Source of the DNA: Elusimicrobia bacterium CG1_02_37_114
GTDB taxonomy: Bacteria > Elusimicrobiota > Endomicrobiia > CG1-02-37-114
DNA: 14,218 nt
Assembly (NCBI GenBank): GCA_001871125.1
Contig: MNXB01000049.1
Coordinates: 1 to 14,218, forward strand
Direction of reading: 5' to 3'
The notes under the pieces are model-generated. The model was given only the letters and a program-made list of their open reading frames with translations, did not search any database and was not told where the DNA came from. This document shows, one piece after another, positions 1 through 6,782 of the stretch. The position numbers and the translations under genes were made by a program. Within the stretch, counting starts at the first letter, position 1; each line of letters begins with the position of its first letter.

Positions 1-608
1 CAATATTCCATGAAGATGATGATTTTAAGTATTTTTTGAAGTTGCTAAAAGAGAATAAAGATAAAAGTGATATTAAGATATATCATTACATTTTGATGAA
101 TAACCATGTACACATAATATTAAAAGCAGTAACAGGTAAATCACTAAGTGAAACATTTAAAAGGATAAATATCAGTTATACGCTATATTACCGAAGGAAA
201 TACAAAGGTGTTGGACATTTCTTTCAGGACAGGTTCAAAAGTTTTTTGATACAGGATGGTAAGTATCTACTTGAGTGTGGTAGGTATATTGAAATGAATC
301 CTGTTAAGGCAGGTTTAGTAGCAGAACCCGCCCAATATAAATGGAGTAGTTATAGAGTATATGCAAATGGTGAACATGATAGTATCGTTGACATAAATCC
401 TGAATATGAATCATTAAGTAATGACAAAGAAAAAAGAGAAGTGATATATAAAGAATATGTGAAAGATAGTAATTTAGACAGAAGAAATGAAGGAAGATAT
501 TTCAAGATAGGTGCTTACGGTTCGAAAAATTTTATAGAAATGCTGAATGAAAAAGGATTGAAGTCTGCGTGGTCACATAGCGGTCAACCCAAGAAGAAGT
601 CAGAATAA
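1..608 (+). mobile_element. 5'-truncated HuH/Y1 tyrosine transposase (IS200/IS605 TnpA or RAYT-like, COG1943-type). The reading frame is open to base 3, so the true N-terminus lies upstream of the window.
   Basis: Extending the frame to the window edge gives IFHEDDDFKYFLKLLKENK..., then IKIYHYILMNNHVHIIL (the HuH motif, HVHII), FQDRF, YIEMNPVKAGLV and the C-terminal YKWSSY tyrosine motif. These are typical of Y1 transposases. Stop TAA at 606-608. Confidence 0.75.
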
Positions 609-612
609 GTAT

Positions 613-630
613 TAGAACCGTCCCCATTCT
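613..630 (-). repeat. One copy (reverse complement) of the GC-rich motif AATGGGGACGGTTCT, immediately 3' of the transposase stop.
   Basis: gaaccgtccccattc at 616-630. Its reverse complement matches 5613-5627 over 15/15 bases and 5315-5325 over 11/11. Confidence 0.45.
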
Positions 631-635
631 TTTTT

Positions 636-1604
636 ATGTTGAAAATAAATAATTTATCTGTTGAGTATTATTTGCGCAATAAAACCATTAAGGCTCTACG
701 CAATATTTCATTAGACCTCCGACGTAATGATTCAATGGGAATTGTAGGTGAATCCGGCAGCGGTAAAACTACTCTATCTATGGCAATTCTTAAACTGATT
801 TTACCCTATGAAGGCAGAATTACATCGGGAGAAGTATTGTTTAAAAATAACGGGAGTATTATAAATTTAACCAATCAGACAGAAAGAGAAATGAGGCAGA
901 TAAGAGGTAATAAGATATCCATTGTATTTCAGGACCCTTTTTCTGCACTAAATCCTGTAATTCCCGTTGGCGAACAAATAACTGAAACATTAAAAGCGCA
1001 TAAAATTTCAGGAGACTTAAAAGAGACGGTTTTAAACATTTTGAAAGATGTTCAACTCAATGATAACGAGAGAATTTTCAGGTCATATCCGCATGAGCTC
1101 AGCGGTGGAGAAAGACAGAGAATATGTATAGCTATTTCAGTTGTTACGCACCCGGCTGTACTGATTGCCGATGAACCAACAACCGCACTTGATGTAACAA
1201 CACAAAAGGAGATACTTGACCTTATTTCAAATATATGGAAGAACTCTTCATTATCGCTTATTTTGATAACACATAATATGCACTTAGCTGTGGAACGGAC
1301 GAAGAGAATAACAATAATGTATGCAGGAGAAATAGTTGAGCAATCCGAAACGCAATCTATTATCAAAAGCCCGAAACACCCATATACTGTTGCTTTATTT
1401 AATGCTATACCTGGATTCAGGAAATCAAGGTTGACGGGGATAAAGGGTAATGTGCCTGACCTCTCAAATCTGCCGGAAGGTTGTAAGTTTTATGAAAGAT
1501 GCGAGAAGAGAATGGATGTGTGCAAAAAGGAAGAACCTGAATTGTTGAATATAGAAAATAATCATTTTGTCAAATGTCATCTCTACAGGAGTAATAGTAA
1601 ATAA
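636..1604 (+). CDS. ABC transporter ATP-binding protein of the oligopeptide/dipeptide type (OppD/DppD-like), with the C-terminal Oligo_HPY extension.
   Basis: Walker A GESGSGKTT, Q-loop FQDP, ABC signature LSGGERQR, Walker B LIADEPTTALD, H-loop ITHN. C-terminal PKHPYTVALFNAIP...EGCKFYERC, typical of OppD/DppD. Confidence 0.85.
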   Translation: MLKINNLSVEYYLRNKTIKALRNISLDLRRNDSMGIVGESGSGKTTLSMAILKLILPYEGRITSGEVLFKNNGSIINLTNQTEREMRQIRGNKISIVFQDPFSALNPVIPVGEQITETLKAHKISGDLKETVLNILKDVQLNDNERIFRSYPHELSGGERQRICIAISVVTHPAVLIADEPTTALDVTTQKEILDLISNIWKNSSLSLILITHNMHLAVERTKRITIMYAGEIVEQSETQSIIKSPKHPYTVALFNAIPGFRKSRLTGIKGNVPDLSNLPEGCKFYERCEKRMDVCKKEEPELLNIENNHFVKCHLYRSNSK

Positions 1605-1618
1605 GGTGAGTGGGAATT

Positions 1619-2518
1619 ATGGACAATAAGGAATTTCTTAAAACAGTTGACATTTTCAAAAATTTTTCAGAAACATCTATGCAAAAAATAATATCTGCGG
1701 CTGAACTCGGTAACTATCCTGCCGGTAAAGTAATATTTTTTGAAGGAGATCCCTCCAGTCATCTTTATATAATTGTTACCGGGCAGGTAGAGATAACAAA
1801 AAAAATATCCACTGAATCAGAAAAAATGTTATCTGTTCTTGGAATCAGGTCTATTTTTGGTGAAATGAGTCTGTTTTCTAATGAGCCAAGGACAGCAGGA
1901 GCCAGAACAAAAACATTTATGAATTATTATAAAATCCATCGCGATGTTCTCCTGGGAATATTTGCTACTGACCATAAAGGTGCATCAGAAACATTCAGGT
2001 TATTATTATTGACGACACTTCAAAGATTAGAGGAAACTGACCGTGAGCTTGCAACAGTTTATGAGATAAATCAGTTAATGGTAAAAGGATTGACATTAAA
2101 AGAATTCTGTCGGGCGGTTATTAAACTATTAAACTATTCTGTTCCGAAGGTTGATTCGGGATTAATCTATGTTTTTGATGAAGGTGTACAGGGATATAAC
2201 CTGCTGGGTAATGTTGGAATAGATAATGCCCCGTTGATTCTTCCGGCTATTTCTCCGATAGTGCGGTCGGTAGGGAACAAGATAATTGGCGGTAGGATTG
2301 AATCCACGATAATTGATGACCCCGGAGTTATATATCAGATGATGAAAAACATTTCTCCTGCAGAAACATTGATGGTCCTGCCACTGGCTAAAAAGAATAA
2401 CCTGATAGGGTTTGTCTTATTGTTGAATAAAAAAGAAAGGATATCTCATAGTGAGAGCACGGTAGATTTAATTAACTCCATAGCGGTTCAACTTTCCAGT
2501 GCAATCGAAAGACAGTGA
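1619..2518 (+). CDS. Cyclic-nucleotide-binding (CAP/Crp-type cNMP) domain fused to a GAF-like domain. No recognisable output domain. The ORF track starts at GTG 1610, but ATG 1619 with RBS AAGGTGAG is the more likely start.
   Basis: N-terminal half: IFKNF...YPAGKVIFFEGDPSSHLYIIVTGQVEI...FGEMSLFSNEPRTAGARTKT, matching the cNMP pocket FGE..L.....R.A...A. C-terminal half, LIYVFDEGVQGYNLLGNVG...LMVLPLAKKNNLIGFVLLLNK, is GAF-like. It sits 14 nt after the oppD-like stop and 16 nt before the oppF-like start. Confidence 0.6.
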   Translation: MDNKEFLKTVDIFKNFSETSMQKIISAAELGNYPAGKVIFFEGDPSSHLYIIVTGQVEITKKISTESEKMLSVLGIRSIFGEMSLFSNEPRTAGARTKTFMNYYKIHRDVLLGIFATDHKGASETFRLLLLTTLQRLEETDRELATVYEINQLMVKGLTLKEFCRAVIKLLNYSVPKVDSGLIYVFDEGVQGYNLLGNVGIDNAPLILPAISPIVRSVGNKIIGGRIESTIIDDPGVIYQMMKNISPAETLMVLPLAKKNNLIGFVLLLNKKERISHSESTVDLINSIAVQLSSAIERQ

Positions 2519-2534
2519 GATATAATTTTGTTGA

Positions 2535-3284
2535 ATGTTGAGACCTGACCCCGTACCTATTTTAGAACTTAAGAATGTAACCAAATGTTTTAAAAAGTTT
2601 ATCGCTGTTGAGGATGTTTCATTTAAAGTTTTACAGGGAGAAATACTGGGGCTTATCGGGGAATCCGGCAGCGGTAAAACAACGATAGCAAAACTGATTG
2701 TAGGACTTCACAGACCTGACAGTGGAGAGATAATTATTGATGAATTAGCATCAAAAATACAACTGATATTCCAGGACCCTTATTCTTCTTTGAATCCAAA
2801 ACTTTCAATCGGGACTATAATAGGCGAAGTAATACACAGACGCTGTATGAATGATAATACAAAACTGTCACGAAAACAGATAGTTGAAGAAGCAAAAGAA
2901 TATCTTAATATTGTTGGTTTACCAATCAATATTCTGGACAATTATCCGCATCAGTTTTCCGGCGGACAGAGACAGCGGATAGCAATAGCCCGGGCCCTTG
3001 CCCTTAAACCAGGACTTATTATTGCTGATGAACCGCTGTCACAACTTGATGTCTCAATACAGGCACAGATAATAAATTTGTTTATGGAACTCAAGGAAAA
3101 ATATGGTCTTTCATATGTTTTTATTTCACATGATTTGCTTGTAGTGAACACTCTTTCCGATAGAATACTTATAATACAAAATGGCAGAATAGTTGAAGAA
3201 AATTCACCTGACAGGATTTTTCAAACACAGTCCACTGACTATACCAGAAGACTGGTTACCTCCCTGCCAGGATTTGATTTATAA
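2535..3284 (+). CDS. ABC transporter ATP-binding protein of the oligopeptide/dipeptide type (OppF/DppF-like).
   Basis: Walker A GESGSGKTT, FQDPYSSLNP, signature FSGGQRQR, Walker B IIADEPLSQLD, H-loop ISHDL. Shorter than the upstream ATPase, with no Oligo_HPY tail, which is the OppF-like pattern. Confidence 0.85.
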   Translation: MLRPDPVPILELKNVTKCFKKFIAVEDVSFKVLQGEILGLIGESGSGKTTIAKLIVGLHRPDSGEIIIDELASKIQLIFQDPYSSLNPKLSIGTIIGEVIHRRCMNDNTKLSRKQIVEEAKEYLNIVGLPINILDNYPHQFSGGQRQRIAIARALALKPGLIIADEPLSQLDVSIQAQIINLFMELKEKYGLSYVFISHDLLVVNTLSDRILIIQNGRIVEENSPDRIFQTQSTDYTRRLVTSLPGFDL

Positions 3285-3300
3285 GCGTAAGGAAATTATA

Positions 3301-3385
3301 ATATAAAAGGGTAAACCCTTAATTCCAGGAATTTATATAAAAGGGTAAACCCTTAATTCCAGGAATTTACCCTTTAGGGTTTTAC
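3301..3385. repeat. REP-like structured intergenic repeat, locus 1. It is a perfect 34-bp tandem duplication (3301-3334 = 3335-3368) of atataaaagggtaaacccttaattccaggaattt, followed by a second hairpin module accctttagggtttta.
   Basis: Read directly from the sequence. Each unit carries the hairpin AAGGG-taaa-CCCTT and the palindrome AATTCCaGGAATT. The trailing ACCC-ttta-GGGT is followed by TTTTA. It lies between the oppF-like stop and the cca-like start. Confidence 0.8.
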
Positions 3386-3390
3386 TTAAA

Positions 3391-4806
3391 ATGAATATAA
3401 AAAATATTATCAAGATATTATCTGGAAAAACAAAACCTGGCCAGAAAATATACCTGGTTGGCGGATTCCTGCGGGATGTTTTATTGAAAAGAAAAACCAA
3501 TGACCTGGATTTTGTTGTAAACAAAAATATTCGGGATTTTGTAAATAGCATAGCTTTGAAACTCAAAGGCAAAGTTATAATACTTGATGACCGGAACCGT
3601 ATATACCGCATAATCGTTTCAGGTAGCGACGGGGAAACCTGCAATTTAGATTTTTCACACATGCAGGGAAAAAATATTCAACTGGACTTAGATAGAAGAG
3701 ATTTCACGATAAATGCAATGGCAATGGATATAGAACACAAAGACATTATAGACCCATTCGGTGGTATTAAAGATTTAAATAATAAAATCATACGCAAAGT
3801 GTCGGACAGAATATTTAACGATGACCCGTTGAGGTTGCTGCGTGCATACAGGTTTCAGGCAGAATTAGGGTTTGACATTGAGCAGGATACCAGCAAACTG
3901 ATAAGAAAATATGCAAGGTTTATTAAGAAACCGGCAAAAGAAAGAGTCCGATACGAACTATTGAAGATACTCCAGACCAACGACTCATCAAAAATCGTTG
4001 ATGTCCTTGATAAACAGAAATTACTGGAACCAATCTTTCCTGAAATACTTGTTATGAAAAAAAGTGCCCGCAGGTTTTATTTTCATCCCGAGGGATTATG
4101 GCAGCATTCAAAAGAAAGCCTGGTAAGTCTGGAGATAATATTAAAAAATGTCAAAAAACTTTTCCCTCAATCTTCAGAAAAAATTATCAGGCATATAACG
4201 CCAAGAATAGGGCTAATCAAATTCATTACTTTGTTCCATGATTTAGCAAAACCTAAATCCATAAAAAGAATAAATAACAGAATAAGATTTTTCGGCCATG
4301 AGAGAGAGGGAGCGAAAAAAATCGCCAGGATTATGGGACGGTTAAAATTCAGTAACAAAGAAATATCTATTGCAGAGAAAATTGTAAAAAACCATATGAG
4401 ACCGGGAAATTTACTGCAGGCAAAAATACTTACTGAACGCGCAATATATCGTTTCTTCCGGGATTTGGGTGATGAAACCGTTGATTTGTTATTGCTTTCC
4501 TTTGCTGACAGGCATTCTTATCTAAAAATCAGAGCTACCAAAAAGGAAGTCTCTGACTATAAAAAATTTGCCGGGTTAATGATTGAAAAATTTTTTAAAC
4601 AAAAAGAACTGGAAAAGAGGGAAAAAATTGTCAACGGACATATAATAATGAAGAAATTCGGTCTAAAGCCAGGTCCGATAATTGGCAAATTATTAAAAAT
4701 TGTTGAGGAAAACTATATATTGGGGAAAATAAAAACCACAGAACATGCCTTAGAGTTTATAAAAACTAAATGCAAAAGATTGCTGAGAAATTTACAAAAC
4801 TCTTGA
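3391..4806 (+). CDS. cca: tRNA nucleotidyltransferase / poly(A) polymerase family protein with a C-terminal HD domain (CCA-adding enzyme-like).
   Basis: N-terminal head IYLVGGFLRDVLL (GGxxRD), DLDF, RRDFTINAMAMDI, DDPLRLLRAYRFQAELGF. C-terminal HD region HPEGLWQHS...FHDLAKP...GHE. Confidence 0.7.
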   Translation: MNIKNIIKILSGKTKPGQKIYLVGGFLRDVLLKRKTNDLDFVVNKNIRDFVNSIALKLKGKVIILDDRNRIYRIIVSGSDGETCNLDFSHMQGKNIQLDLDRRDFTINAMAMDIEHKDIIDPFGGIKDLNNKIIRKVSDRIFNDDPLRLLRAYRFQAELGFDIEQDTSKLIRKYARFIKKPAKERVRYELLKILQTNDSSKIVDVLDKQKLLEPIFPEILVMKKSARRFYFHPEGLWQHSKESLVSLEIILKNVKKLFPQSSEKIIRHITPRIGLIKFITLFHDLAKPKSIKRINNRIRFFGHEREGAKKIARIMGRLKFSNKEISIAEKIVKNHMRPGNLLQAKILTERAIYRFFRDLGDETVDLLLLSFADRHSYLKIRATKKEVSDYKKFAGLMIEKFFKQKELEKREKIVNGHIIMKKFGLKPGPIIGKLLKIVEENYILGKIKTTEHALEFIKTKCKRLLRNLQNS

Positions 4807-4831
4807 CAATACAAGTTTTGTCTTGTATAAT
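4803..4831 (+). promoter_or_regulatory. Perfect-consensus sigma70-type promoter TTGACA-17 nt-TATAAT with an inverted repeat TACAAG-n6-CTTGTA in the spacer (candidate operator), upstream of the XRE regulator gene.
   Basis: TTGACA at 4803-4808, a 17-nt spacer, TATAAT at 4826-4831. The palindrome tacaag (4810-4815) / cttgta (4822-4827) overlaps the -10. The -35 overlaps the TGA stop of the cca-like gene. Confidence 0.5.
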
Positions 4832-4873
4832 AATAGTAGGTGAAGGATGTTAAAAAATTATGAGGTGACTGAA

Positions 4874-5200
4874 ATGACAAACATTAGACTAGAAAAAATT
4901 GATTTTCATTTGAAGAAAAAATTGAAAAACAAAGAGTTCAAAAAATACTTTAAACTAGAAAAAGATAAAGTAGAACTGGCACAAAAAATATCTGAACTAA
5001 GGCAAGAGAAAAATTTAAAGCAAGCTGACCTTGCCAAAAGACTACATGTTTCTCAACAGTTTATTTCTCAGATTGAGACTGCTCAAGAAAATAATCTAAC
5101 AATAGATACTTTATTGAAGTTAGCTGAATCATTAGGTAGAAGTGTTGAGATTTCATTTCCTAAAGTATCTAAACAACATAATAGACTTATTGTTGCTTAA
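4874..5200 (+). CDS. XRE-family (Cro/C1-type) helix-turn-helix transcriptional regulator. Antitoxin-like or mobile-element repressor context. An in-frame alternative start exists at 4847.
   Basis: HTH LKQADLAKRLHVSQQFISQIETAQENNLTIDTLLKLAESLG. The RBS GAGGTGA at 4862-4868 lies 5 nt before ATG 4874. Confidence 0.7.
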   Translation: MTNIRLEKIDFHLKKKLKNKEFKKYFKLEKDKVELAQKISELRQEKNLKQADLAKRLHVSQQFISQIETAQENNLTIDTLLKLAESLGRSVEISFPKVSKQHNRLIVA

Positions 5201-5312
5201 GATTTTTTTGATTTTCAAAAAATCTTTTGCTATTATAATACATTACTAATTACGTAAATATTCACTCGCTGATGTCAAGGGTTTGACAAATTACTTTTTG
5301 TTTAATGTGTGA

Positions 5313-5325
5313 ATAATGGGGACGG
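5313..5325 (+). repeat. Partial copy of the AATGGGGACGG motif, overlapping the RBS region of the PIN-like remnant.
   Basis: aatggggacgg at 5315-5325, an 11/11 match to the other two copies. Confidence 0.4.
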
Positions 5326-5339
5326 AGGTAATTAAAACT

Positions 5340-5645
5340 ATGAAAAAACTTAAAATATATCTTGATACTTCTGTGATAAATTTCTTATTTGCTAATGATG
5401 TCCCTGAAGAAAAAGTAATTCCACCGCAAAAGATTGAAGATGCACAGCACATTGCCATTTCAACCTGTAACCAAATAGATATTCTTCTATCATGGAACTT
5501 CAAACATCTGGCTAATATACAGAAACAGATTTATGTTAAAATAGTAAATGAAAAAGAAGGTTATTTTTATCCGTTGATTTTAACAAATCCAATGGAGGTT
5601 ATATATGAGAAAAATGGGGACGGTTCTGATACTTTGGGAAAGTAG
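5340..5645 (+). pseudogene. PIN-domain-like nuclease remnant. The N-terminal strand and the C-terminal half are present but the middle roughly 60 aa appear to be deleted in frame.
   Basis: MKKLKIYLDTSVINFLFAND is a PIN N-terminal D-containing strand. It is joined after about 10 aa to ...EDAQHIAISTCNQIDILLSWNFKHLAN...EGYFYPLILTNPMEVI, which reads like a PIN C-terminus. RBS GGAGGT at 5325-5330, 9 nt before ATG 5340. This is too short for a complete PIN fold. Confidence 0.4.
5611..5628 (+). repeat. Copy of AATGGGGACGGTTCT inside the 3' end of the PIN-like remnant. It is the exact reverse complement of 613-627.
   Basis: aatggggacggttct at 5613-5627 equals the reverse complement of 613-627 (15/15), and 17/18 when extended. 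Confidence 0.45.
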
Positions 5646-5670
5646 TGGATAAATGAAGCCGGGATAAAAA

Positions 5671-6216
5671 ATGGATATGGTTAAATTTGAAGATGTAGCA
5701 AATAAAGTTCTTGAGTTACGGGGAGAAAGAGTTATTCTTGATAGTGATGTCGCCAAACTTTATGGTGTCCAAACAAGGGATATAAATAAGGCAGTTAAAA
5801 ATAATTCGGACAAGTTTCCTGAGGGTTATATTTTTGAACTTAATAAAGTGGAATTTGAGGATTTGCGGTGTAAATTTTCCACCGCAAAATTTGCCAAAAC
5901 CCGGGTTATACCCAAGGCCTTTACTGAAAAAGGGTTATATATGTTGGCAACAATTCTAAAAAGCTCGCAGGCTACGCAGACAACAATAGCGATTATTGAA
6001 ACTTATGCAAAACTTCGGCAACTTACAAGGAATATAAAAGAACTTTCTGTTACCAAGAATAAAGGGACACAAAAATCACTTATGCAAAAAAGTGGGGGTT
6101 TGATAACGGAAATTCTTGACGATGGATTGAAAACATCTGGGAGTGAAACCACGATAGAGATTAACTTTGCCGTATTAAAACTCAAACATACTATTAAAAA
6201 AACAAAAAAGTATTAG
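5671..6216 (+). CDS. ORF6N-domain protein (KilA-N/antirepressor-related DNA-binding family typical of phages and conjugative elements).
   Basis: VILDSDVAKLYGVQTRDINKAVKNNSDKFPEGYIFELNKVEFEDLRCKF...RVIPKAFTEKGLYMLATILKSSQATQTTIAII matches the ORF6N signature LDxDLAxLYGVxTKxLNQAVKRNxxRFPxDFMFxL...P.AFTExGVxMLSxVLxS..A..VNI.I. Confidence 0.7.
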   Translation: MDMVKFEDVANKVLELRGERVILDSDVAKLYGVQTRDINKAVKNNSDKFPEGYIFELNKVEFEDLRCKFSTAKFAKTRVIPKAFTEKGLYMLATILKSSQATQTTIAIIETYAKLRQLTRNIKELSVTKNKGTQKSLMQKSGGLITEILDDGLKTSGSETTIEINFAVLKLKHTIKKTKKY

Positions 6217-6278
6217 AAATGCCATAAGATTGGTGACAGTTCTTAATTAAACGAATTATGAATTTTAGGAGAAAATCT

Positions 6279-6782
6279 ATGACTAAAAAAATTTTATTAT
6301 TGAGTTTACCGGTAATGTTTTTTGGTATGTGCGGTATCGCTCTATGTTTTTTAATGATAGGTGGTGACTGGACATCTGCGTTAACAGAAATAGTTACTTT
6401 CGGTAGCAGGGTCGTTTCTTCTGATGGGAATGTGTCGGTTATACAATCAGTAGGAAGCATCAATCTTGGCGGTGACAGGATTACAGGTGGTGATTACGAG
6501 GTTGTAGGCACTGTGGGTGCCGGGCTGATTACTATGGCTGGTCCTTCAGTAAACTTAGATAGTGTGAAGGTCTATCCCAACCCATATAAACCAGGCACAT
6601 GGACAATTTATGATAACTCTGTTCTTGGTGAAGGAGTTGTTTTTAGCGAGTTGACTGCGAATGCAAAAATAAAGATATTCAATATTGCAGGCGAATTTGT
6701 TGCTGACTTTGAAGAAACAGACAGCGACGGAAAATATCTCTGGGATACGCGAAATTCCAGCGGTGAGAAAATTGCCAGCTGA
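6279..6782 (+). CDS. Small secreted or membrane-anchored protein whose C-terminus resembles a T9SS type-A sorting domain (Por_Secre_tail) or a FlgD-Ig-like domain. It appears to lack the last roughly 15-20 aa of that domain.
   Basis: RBS AGGAGA at 6267-6272, 6 nt before ATG 6279. Hydrophobic N-terminus KKILLLSLPVMFFGMCGIALCFLMIGG. C-terminus KVYPNPYKPGT...AKIKIFNIAGEFVADFEETDSDGKYLWDTRNSSGEKIAS then stop, where CTDs normally continue GVYFY.... Confidence 0.5.
   Translation: MTKKILLLSLPVMFFGMCGIALCFLMIGGDWTSALTEIVTFGSRVVSSDGNVSVIQSVGSINLGGDRITGGDYEVVGTVGAGLITMAGPSVNLDSVKVYPNPYKPGTWTIYDNSVLGEGVVFSELTANAKIKIFNIAGEFVADFEETDSDGKYLWDTRNSSGEKIAS

Noticed and set aside
3301-3368. Possible CRISPR array, from the identical 34-bp direct repeats.
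   Set aside because: There are only two units, directly abutting with no spacers. The units are internally palindromic like REP elements, and there are no cas genes nearby.
613-5628. The 15-bp inverted repeats as termini of a 5-kb composite transposon.
   Set aside because: The intervening genes (ABC ATPases, cca) look like core functions. Only one transposase is present, it lies outside the interval, and Y1 transposases do not use terminal inverted repeats.
6258-6278. The upstream ATG at 6258 as the start of the CTD-like protein.
   Set aside because: ATG 6279 is preceded by AGGAGA at an ideal 6-nt spacing and begins the K-rich-then-hydrophobic signal-like segment. The 6258 start has no RBS.
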